Assembly: GCA_037379345.1 (NCBI GenBank)
Contig: CM074513.1
Coordinates: 53,981,195-54,045,194, forward strand
Origin: Perna viridis
Taxonomy: Eukaryota
Direction: 5' to 3'
DNA length: 64,000 nucleotides
Below are positions 24,801 through 36,800 of this stretch, in pieces. Position 1 is the stretch's first letter; every line of letters starts with the position of its first letter. Made by a program: the position numbers and the translations under genes. The notes beneath the pieces were generated by a model that ran no database searches, had not been told where the DNA came from, and was given only the letters and a program-made list of their open reading frames with translations.

Positions 24801-27800
24801 AAACTACATTGTATTCATTTTACACATTTCAGTGTTCTACTCATGTCCAAGAAATATACTGACTCACATAAAAAAAAACTGCAAAGATTTTTACAATGGG
24901 AAGGGGAGATAAAATTGAAAGAGTAACTTATACCCACAGGACTCGATACATGCATTTGTTAATTTTTTTCTTATGTTATCATCACAGAACAATTTAATGT
25001 AATTTCTATCAATGTCACAAAATAAAAAAAAGTCATGTGAGACAGAGTACTAACCACTTGTAACTGCAATGATTCCCTGTGTTTCTCTAACTGTGAAAGT
25101 TGATGACTCATCACCTCCATTTTCTGAAGTAATTCATGATCTGAAGTTGTTGTTGTTGTCTTGCTGTCTTCATTCTATTTAATAAATTAAAACTGAAGTT
25201 CCCATACTCATCAAACCCTTAAAGGCTTATTTAAAAATAATAGTAAATTGATAACTCACCTCTGCCAAATATGAAATCAGCTTTATTACAGATTACACAT
25301 TCAATAACATATATCCATTTAAAGAGTAATAGACATTTGATTAAACTGAACCAGATTAAAACTTATTTCCAGGTTTGTTTTCTAAGTTATACCTTCTGCA
25401 GTATTTTTAACTATTTAAACTGATGGTATTATACATGGTTTACAACGAAGAATCTTATAACTGTACTATTTCATTAACAACAGACTTGTTAAGACCATGC
25501 TTACAACTCATGCTGGAATGTTTTCTTTAAGTTATAAAGTATATTCAAAGTTGAAATGCATGTAACAATTTACAATGTATTACAACATCAACATAACCAG
25601 CCAATCAGAACAAACAATTTAAGACATGCTCATATATATACAAAGACAAAGTCTATATTTTAAGTTAAATAAAGATGAATCTGTAATAATTTCCTGTGTT
25701 TCTCTAACTGTTAAAACTTCTATTCTTTGTTGTTCTTTCTGAATCTTGAAAAGTTCTACAAAATCTAGGTCTAGAACCAAATTTTCAAAATGCATTGATG
25801 TCCTCTATAAATAAACCCTATCAAAAATCAAAGCTAGCATTAGCGCATTGAACTAAATCTTCAGCGGGTGAAACTGTCCTCATAACCCAATAAAAGCTGA
25901 TTTATTCACAGTTTAAAACCAAACCAGCACTGGATATATTCACTAACTGACTAATTGGTACACAGGATAAGGATAAAATATCTTAATTTAAAAGAAAAAC
26001 AATTTTCTTTTCAGGGACCTCACTACAAATTAAAAAAAAAATGATTTCACACTTTTGTACGAACAAGTGGTCCATGCATGTGAAAATGCTACTAAATTTA
26101 AGAACATGCAGATAATGAGAATGTATTAAAACCTTTTACATGATGTCTACAAAAGAGATGTTTATCATAATGAAAAGTCAGTAAAGTAAAAAAAAAAGCC
26201 ACACAAAAAATTATTAGTCATTAAAATGATATTCACACAAAATAAAAAAATAGAAATGAAAATTAAGTCAATTATCCAAAGGACATAATTTGAAAAAAGG
26301 CAAAAACTAATGACACAAATACATTTTCCTTCAAATATCCTTGTTACAGATTTATTGGTAAAAAATAAAATTTTATTTCACCATGCAAGCTATAACCCTA
26401 TTTTTTTTTAAATATTTAAATTAAATCTACACAATTCAGAAACAGACTTCATTGACAAAAATCTTAAAAAAATCTTTTAGCAACTGTACAAAACCTTAAC
26501 AGATTCAAGAACTAAGATATATTGATTGGACATACAATGTTGCGTGATTACTTTATTATTGCGAGAGAAAAATTTAAAGAGTATACCTGTACTTGTTTTT
26601 GCTTCAACTGCTCATTTTCTGATTGGTATGTTAGAATCTGACTCCTTAGGAGAGCGATTAGCTGTTTGTCATCAGTGTCTCCATCTCTATTTGTCTTTTT
26701 ACCTACAAAGAATCACAGAGCATTGAAATGATATTACCTACAAAGTATCACAGAGCATTGAAATGATATTACCTACAAAGTATCACAGAGCATTTTCTAT
26801 ATTTGACAGATACAGCAATACTTAGTGGGCATAATATCTATAAATATCAAACACCACTTATATTTAAATCCATGAAACTAATTTATCATTGTATGCTACC
26901 CATATTTCCACCAATTAAATAACCTAATATGTTGACACTATTATCACATTTTCTAAATTATCATAATTAGTAATTTATATACAAATGTATTTAAGTTGGA
27001 AACAAGAAGTAAGTAGTGGACTTCAGTAAACAAAGAATCAGTTGATCACTTTTTGTCATGAGTATTTTTATCTGTATTAGATGTTATGTTTCTTAATCTA
27101 CATGTAGTTTGTGTACTATTACAATTCCCTGTCATGTTAGTCCTACCTCTCTTCAATGAACCAAACAGTTCCTCTTCACTGTCATTCCACTCCCCTGTTG
27201 TATCTATCCCATCATCTGTACTCTAGAACATACAAAGATTGTAAAGCATGGCAGTCATTTGAAACTAATAAAAAAAAAACAAGATTGCTACACATAGCCA
27301 AATGTCCCTGGCCATCCTAAATAAAGATAGTGCAAAAGTCCCACAACTCCTATAGAATTTGACGAATCAAAATGGTGGCACAATATGATCCAACTACATG
27401 TGGAGACTATCAATCCTACAAATTTTAAACAAAATCCATTAAGCTGCGTCCACAAAGTTAAGTGTGAAAGATGGACACAGGGATGCACAGATGCATGGAA
27501 ATCGGTATTTTTATGCCCTTCTCCACGTTGCGGCTGAGAATAAAAATGTTTCAAGGATAACACTGATAATATATATATGGGATAATTTACAGCTCCTTTC
27601 ACAATGAACCCAATATTATGACAACAAAACTTCATGAAAAAGATTTAAAGCAAACATAAACCCAAAGTAGGCTGAATTAACAAATTAATCAAAAGTAGAC
27701 AAGATTGAGACACAAAATTGCAAAATCAAAATTCCAAACCACAGATATTAATTCACACAATAATCTAGAGATTAACAAAAATGCAGTATTAAAAAGCATT

Positions 27801-30800
27801 AATAAGGAAATCTGTAAAAACTGAGACTGAACCAGGTGATAAGCCTAAATCAATCATTTTTCATCAAATCCACATCCCTATCGCCTGATCTCTGTCAAAA
27901 CCAATCTTATCCAATTCATACTACTAATTAAGATTCACCAAAGTATGTAAGAAATCTGTCAAATTATGAAGTAAATAAATTTTACCTAAACCCCCCTCCC
28001 CATGCTTTTTATTGGTACAAATCAGAGATATTAAGACAGTACATCATACCTCAGTCATGGTGTTAGATATGGAGACAGAGGGTGAGCTAGTTGTTTCCGT
28101 GGTCTGTGATTCTAACTGATTCTTCAAATCCTTGATCTGAAAATAATTGTACATTTATGGTAAATCTTGTCCATTGTACACTTACAATACTAGATTTAAA
28201 TGAATATTTTAATGTCCCTGACCATTTGCTTTACTCTTATTGCCACACAGTTTATTTTGACTGAACAATGCCCCATTTTGTGCTAAACTCACTTATCCTC
28301 ATTCACCATAGAGTTAACTAAATGATATATTTGTCATTAATAAGACAAAATTTACACCTGATCATGATGCCGAAGTTCCATTAAGGTAGTCTTAAATCAA
28401 CAACTTGGAAGTCGTTTTTAGGTTAACTTTGTGACAAGCTTATGATCATAATGTCCTAAATAAATAATCAACTACATCAAGAGTCTTAACATTCTGAGCC
28501 ATGTTTATAAAGTACTAGTTCACAGAAGCAACAGCCCACAGGTAAAATTGATAACCAATACTTATACAAACACTGTACACCATAGTTTACCTTTTGCTCA
28601 TAATCCTGAGTTTCTTTTGATTTCTGTAATAAAATATTTTTACTTGTAAATAAGAGTCTGCGTGAAAACAAACTACTCTGACAACTCCAAAACTGATGAA
28701 AATGTTATTGATATCCTAAACTTGTATTAGCATAACAAACACAGAATAAAATTCATAATGTACTTTTTCCATGCTGATTACCCAAATATAAATGACTTAG
28801 TTCATTTTTCATTTAATTTTGATATAGTGTTGTATTATTATTATTCTTTTAATGAGAGACTAGGATCTGTCGTTATAATTTACTTAACAATGAATTGTAT
28901 ATTTGATGTGTGGAGGACTATTTTCATCTTATCTATCATTCTTCTATAATAGTTAGCAATGTTTGATGAGTTAAGTGGGGTTCCATCATGCCTGAATGGA
29001 GAATTATTTCTTGTAACATCATTTGTCTATATAATAATGTAAAGACACTTCATATGATCACTGACCTCCTTTAACTGATTCTGTAATGAGGTAATGGTGT
29101 CTTGGTTTTTGATGTTCTGAATTCTCATTTTATGTAATTCATCATTCAGCTGATCATTTTCTTCTTCGAGTTCCTAAAAATAGAATATTCTAAATAATAT
29201 TTACACCAATAAATAGGAATCATAAAAAAAGTAGATATTTTATGATGTAAGTAAATCTTCATTTTCTTGGTTTCTTTTTATATTCAGTATTTAGAATTTA
29301 CCTTGTAACAATAGACATTTTTGAGAAAGAAAAGCTCTTTGACTTCAGAAACAATATCTGATAGATCATATATGTCACAGTATTGTCAATTTATGCTTCA
29401 GGAAGTAAAACAATTCAAAAGAAAGAACAGTAACAATAACCCTAAAGTCTTATCAATGAAGGGAACTGCCAATAGTAAGTCTGCTTAACAGTATTAAATA
29501 TATAATCTGGCATATAAAATACATGTTGCATGCAAAAGGTAATATGTTGTCTACATTTGAAAGTGCATTTTTCATTGATGCACCCCATCATTTAATCCAT
29601 TATAAAACTGTATAACTAAAGTCGGTGTTATTTATTAATATCCCAATAATTAGATCTGTCTAGCAATTAAAAATTAAGCAATTTGTAGTCACTGAGTAAA
29701 CAATAAAAAAAATAAAGCTGAATACAATCCAAGGAATACATAATATTGCTTTACTTTAAAAAAAACTATTAAAATATTTTTGATGAAATTGACAAAGAGA
29801 AGGAACGTGCAGAAATGCCCATGAGACCATCAAGATATGTCATGGATCAAGTATATTCTTCCACACATATTCTAATTGAATACTGTATTGGTACCAAACT
29901 TGAATATACCAAACATGTACAACAATGGAACCAATACAAGTCTGCAATCAACCCTAGTAGTAGAAACCTGACCTACTTAGTTCATTACCAAATGGGAAAA
30001 AAAATGAAGGAAATGATAAGCTGTAAAGGTAATAAAATATTCTAATGCTAACCTTAATTCAAATTTAAACAGATAAGCACAAAAAATTTGCTCAAGGAAA
30101 AAGTTCCTAAAAACGCCAATTTATCACTACAAAAAAGCAACACTTCAAATAGCTGATTACTTGATAAAATCTAAAGAATGCCAAGTATTTCATGAAAATG
30201 TTTGAGAATGGAATGATGTGTAAGAGTATGTGAGAATAGACATTCCATGTGCCATTTGCTGGTATAGACCAAATTTTTCTTACCTGTGGTCGGACATCAG
30301 CCTTAATAGGGAAAATAGTATAAATTTAACAGCTAAATATCTGATAATGCAATAAAACTTACCTGAGAAATAGTGCTTTTTATTCATGTAAATTTGAAAA
30401 GTGTCACTGTACATGATTTACTAAAGAAAGAACTGTTTGAAATCAAACCACATCTCCTATTTTAATGTTGATTTAATTGTTTTAATAACAATAGTCACCA
30501 TCACATTCATATTATCAAAGTATTATTATATTTTTTTCAGCTAAAACCATTTAAAATAATATATGCACTACTATACCTGTAGTGCTTTCTGATCTATAAG
30601 TGGTTGACTTGAAGCTTTCTGTGCTGCCTAGAAAAGAAAACAACATGGATTTAATAACAAAGAACCTAAATGAATGTTGAACAGTCAATACACCTGAATT
30701 AGTAACCTATTTTCCAGTCAACTTCTTGCAAGCAATATTTGTACCAATTTTGACAGGTATAAGTGTTATATTACATATATATATACAATAAGACTTTCAA

Positions 30801-33800
30801 GTCATTTATATATATACTGCAAACATCTTTTTAATGAATGTATTCAATTTCTGATTAGTTTATATGCTGTAACCTAATTTGCTTCGTGGATTATTCAGCG
30901 TTAACAGATCCAAATTAGGTTACAGTGTATAAACTAATCAGAAATTGAATACATTCATTATATTTTAATTAAAAAAAAAAAAAAAAAAAATATATATCCA
31001 TCACTTTTATTACACTGCGTAAACAGCAACTTTAATTTTCACGCCATGTAGTAATTATTGTAAACAAATTGGCCGCCATTTTAAAATCAGCCACAAGACA
31101 CTGTCATTTCATCACTGGGAAATGTTCAGTTATTTTCATAAATTAGAGACAGTTATTAAAGCAGGAATCTGATATAAACCCGGGGGACATAAAGTTAGTT
31201 AATAATTTATTGTCACAAAAACGTTACAATGTGACTGAAAACGTTGTTTCGGTTGTTGACAAACAAAAAGTAGTTCCTTAAAAGGTGGGCATAGCAAGTT
31301 AGTTTATACAATTGAAGCAATGTTGATTTTTGTCATCAAACCAATCAAATGGCAGGATTCTCATCAAATTAAAATATTAAACCATAATTTCATCATTCAT
31401 ATCTAAAGGTTTGTTCTCTATGAAATAAGTACCTGTTGAAGAGTTTCTTCTTTTCTCTGAGGACCAGGTGACGGTGTATTATCGGCTACAAAACAATCTA
31501 CTACATCAACCTAAAAATAATCAATTCACAAATGGCAGAATAATTAAATGTAGATAAGTCAAAATGTATGTTGTTAACAAAGAATTATGACTAAAGGTTA
31601 TTAACAAGCATCCAACAACTAACTATTACCATCTGAGAACAAACTACCAAATTTGAATTTGATCATCCTTCTTAATAACCAGAATTTTTTTTCTTCAACT
31701 CACATCAACAAATGATACTTGGAACTAGGTTTTAATTATAAAGTGGACAGTGTCTTCTAACTGATTACTCTGATTAAGAAGAAACATCTTTCACACGATA
31801 CACTTTCATACTATAATGAAATGTACATGTATAACATAAGTTTACAAACCTGATCAGCCTCAGGCATTTCTGATGTATTGGTTGCACCCTCAGCACCTTG
31901 TACGTTGGGTTTCTTTCTATCCACTACAACATACAACATAATCCATCCAAAAATTATTAACTACGATATACAAATAATCTCATGAAACATACATTATATT
32001 TTTCATCAGAGTGGGATTGTTGTCTCTTCACCATATCCATTCTCTTTATATATCATATGAAGCAGACAACTCTTATCATAACTACAGATATGACACAGGA
32101 ACAGTCTTGTTCTTTATGATAGTTTTGTCTTTTTTTTTTTTTTAGTAAACAGCATTTTTTAATCATCAGCTTTTGCTACAAAGTCATTATTACACTCATT
32201 TCAACCATAGCTTTCATAAGTTGAAAATAAATTAAAGTATCAATCTCAGTAAGAATCAGGCAGTAGATAACCTAGAACACAGAGTGTCACCTCTATACCA
32301 TTAGAATCAGGCCGTAGATAACCTAGAACACAGAGTGTCACCTCTATACCATTGGAATCAGGCAGTAAATAACCTAGAACACTGAGTGTCACCTCCATAC
32401 CATTAGAATCAGGCAGTAGATAATCTAGCACAATGAGTGTCACCTTTATACCATTAGAATCAAGGAATAAAGACAAGATTTTCCATTTTGGAAAAATGAG
32501 AAACAATTTTATTGTAATGCACTACAAATGGACGTTTCTGGGGAAGATAACTGTCAAAAACCTCACTTTTATAATAAGGTAACTAAAAATCCTCAAACAT
32601 ATCCAGTAATGCACAGATCGAAGAGCAGATAGTAATTTCAAATAGAAAAGACTTCTCAGAGTAAATATATATTACCAAATGGGTGTTTTTTTTTACAAGC
32701 ATGTTTCAGATTTTTCAAGTTCTGCCAGATAGACTTGTACTTAAATGCAATGATAGATTCCTCACATGTACTGCCTGGGACATCCCATGAGGCTCTGGTG
32801 GGGGCTTTCTCAAAAACTTCTTTAATGTCCTGATGACCTTCCTCTACTGCATGCTGCAATGCTGTATTACCTGAAAGACAAAACAATCAGATACTGTGCT
32901 ATATCTGTGTTTAAAGTCCTATAACTATGTAATCCAAAATATGTCTAAGACAAGTTTATAAAAACAACAACAGAAAATGTAACATGTTCATAGACAAAGA
33001 TATTTTATTCTTCTTTTTAAACCCAATTAGAACACTGGTTAACCATCAGACAGACTTTCTACATATTTCTTATGTTAACTAACAAAAAATTAAGGACGAT
33101 AGCATGTGAGGAAAATAAATAATCAAACTGTATCATTTAAGTGGGTTCTCAATTATATCAGGACCTCCATAATTCAATTTCATGAGCTCCTCAAATATTT
33201 CTGGGCTTCAATAATTTAATTTCTGGATCTCTGTAAAAAAAACTTATTTATGGTAGTCCTGAAATAATATGAGGATCTCAAGTAATGATAATTTTGACTA
33301 ATTCCATGCCTTATATTCATACCTCTAATATCAGTGAGGTTCCTCTCAGCACCTTTTCTAAGAAGGAACTCACAGACTTCTTTTCTTCCTCTATTAGCAG
33401 CACCCATCAAAGGAGTCCTGAAAAAACATGACATACAAGTATATGCTTATGACACTAATAGAAATAAATTACAAATTATCAGTAAATGACTTTCATATAT
33501 TTCCTTAAGTAATATGTTGATTCAGATTTTATATCATCAACAAACATCTCCTATATAAGCCAATCAATGAAATCAATGCTGTTTATTGAATCCAAATGAA
33601 AGGATAATTTCAGGTGGAAGAAGAATAAAGATATTTAACCCGAGCCCAAAGAACATATGTAATTTATTCCAGAGGTACATACATTTATGAACTACTGCAT
33701 TGTTCCATTGTACATTTTTTTTTCAATTATTCCACTTTTAGAATTAGTTTACATTCTACAATGAGAATTGGTGGACACAAAAATATTCTAACTGTTACAC

Positions 33801-36800
33801 ATAACAGTATTAAACCAAATATATGATTAGGATAATTATTGACTCTAGAAACCATTTAGTTTTCTCCTACAACTTAAATTATGCCAATGTTTCTCAATTT
33901 CAAATTAATTGATTATGACAAACAAATGGTCCTTTTATCTTCATCACATTCACGATCTCTACTGAATACTGTTAATCAATTCATTTTTGTTGTTTCAGAT
34001 ATAAATTATTTACTCTCTGTGACTAATATTCTGTTTCACATGTATACCATAGGAAAGGGAGTTATTTGCCACAATTCATTTACCAATATTTTCTTGCTTG
34101 CAAGATAATTGAAAATAAATCACTCCCATAAGCAAGTTTTTTTTTTCCAGTCAATCATATCTCAATTAAAACAGTTGATACTTACATTTGATTATTATCA
34201 ACACAGTTGATATTGGCACCTTTATCTAAGAGGTCTTTACATATTCCTACTTGTCCTGCCATTGAAGCATAAAACAAGGCAGTTCTGCCAGTCTAAAAAT
34301 ACATGACAAAATGCATTGTAGTTAGAGTATCATCTGTGTGTCTAGTTTTACTTTGGTTTGACTTAACACATACTTCACTTTTCATACTCAAACAATTCAT
34401 GTACATTGCTGAAAAATATCAAATTTATTTGTTCGAGCTTAAAAAACAGTCCCATTGTGAGTTTATACGGATCAATTATTTTTCACTGCCTGTACAACTG
34501 AATTTGATATTTTCCAATGTAGTACATGTATTGCTTTTATCCTGCAAATGTATTTCATTGTGAGAAATCTATGTAGAAAAAAAGATGATAATTCATATAA
34601 TTGTTATGCTACCATAAAACTAGTCACCTGTATGTCTACTTAAGGTTTTACTCAAAATCAAAAAGGTAATCAGGAGACTATATTATGCAATATTTGTACT
34701 AAACAAAAACAGCAATGGTTTATTCAACACCATGTATTTGAATAGTAGAACGCCCAGTTGCGGGATAAATAGGGTTAAGACAACATGTGATTTAAAAGAA
34801 AAAGATATGAAAAAATTTTTTCAAAATAATGCAAATTTCTCTCATATCTGAAAATGAAAGCACCTTTGTCTATGACAATCAGATATTATTTAACATTATC
34901 AGTTCATTTGAAGAATTTAGTGATGTACTGGGTGCTGTGGTATTATTATTATAATTTTCCATGTAAATCAGAGTTTTCCAAGAAAAAAAAAAACAGACAA
35001 TAGAAAGAAAAAGCTTTCTTGCTTTCATGATAGTATGGTGGGTTATTTTGGCAGGTGTAAAATTCGGCAAATTTTAGGCAAAACAGTATGCAAAAAACTT
35101 TGGCAATTCTAATTTTGGCAGAAGTTGTGCTTTATGTACCTAAGCTCAGAGTAAATATTTTACAGAATTCGTTTTGGCATTTTCAGACAGACAGCTAAAT
35201 TACGCCTAAATTAGCATCAAGCGAAAATTACGCATTATACGGTATGCAAACTAACCTGGTCACCCATCGAAAAGTCAGCACCATTTGCAAGAAGAATTTG
35301 AACACATTCATGGTAGCACCCCATACATGCATGGTGTAAAGCAGTTAGCTGTTGACCATCCTTCACATTTAGCTCTGCTCCAGCCTGTAATTAAAACATG
35401 TCAATATAAAATCAAGAAAAAAATGTACCCTAATAAAACATAAACCCATGCATGACGGTAACAGAGGAAAAGTAAAGCAAGACAAAAAGGAATTTTGAAC
35501 TAGTAGTTGTAAAAAGCATTATTTTTTTACATTTTCAATTCATGTTCATTCTTCTTTGTGAAAAAAAAATGATGAAAACATGAACAATTATCTTTAAAAA
35601 AAATTGAACTCTTTAAACCATAACAAATAAACAAGTGTCTTAAACACTAAAAACTGAATTATTAAATAAATAAGCAAAAAGTATGCCTGATAAAACATAG
35701 AAATACATTTTTATGGTAAATGCAAATGAACTGCCTTATTCAGAAATATATATATATATATCAGGTATATGAAAAACTTGTATCTATACCTTGGTGAGAG
35801 TGTTAACAACATTTGCCTGACCAGATCCAGAGGCTAAGTGTAATGCAGTAGATCCTACAAGTATAAAACAAATGTAACATCTTCATTCCTGCCAATTGTA
35901 ATTATGGTGGCCTTACTTAATAGTGGTGTTGTTCAATTAAAAAAAAAGATTACAGCTCAAACTTAAAAGCTGGATGTGAATTTTTAATACTTCAACATCC
36001 TTACTACCTGCTGATTATATCAATATTTACCTGCTCCAGTTAACTTTACACTTCACTCTTCTTTTGGGAAAAACATACCATAAATATTGTAAATTATCAA
36101 TGACAGGTTACCGGTACTGTATTTCTGAACACTACCACTAAAAATCATATTATGTTTGCAAAAACTTCTCTCTTCAAATTCATATTTTCAAAATACAATT
36201 TTTTTTGTACCTTGAATAGTAAGACTATTGACTTCAGCACCATAGTCAAGTAGCTTTTCCACAATGGCTTCAAATCCATATCTACTTGCTACATGAAATC
36301 TGGAAGAAAAGAAAAAAAAAGTAGTATTAATGGTTTTAATAAAGCCACACAAATACCTGAGGCAGATATAATACAAGATGTAATGTGACTGACTTTTTCT
36401 TTTCTGACCCAGTCTTTTCTCAAAGAGCTTGAATTGCTATTCTGGAAAAATTAAAAATCTGGGGCCACATTATTTGATCTAGCAGAAAAAAATCATTATC
36501 AAATATTTCATCTACAGTGGCCCATCCGTACACCTCTGGAGATTTCTGTCGACCTTATCATAAGGATCATTATAGCAACTAAATTTTCTTTCTATATGTT
36601 ATGGTTTTCAAGATATTACAAGAGTAAAAAAAAAAGAAAGTTTTTGCCTTTCAAGGGCAATAACTCTAAAAAGGAGTCATCCTACAACCTAAATTTGATA
36701 TTTTTCAGCAATGTACATGAATTGTTTGAGTATGAAAAGTGAAGTATGTGTTAAGTCAAACCAAAGTAAAACTAGACACACAGATGATACTCTGACTACA

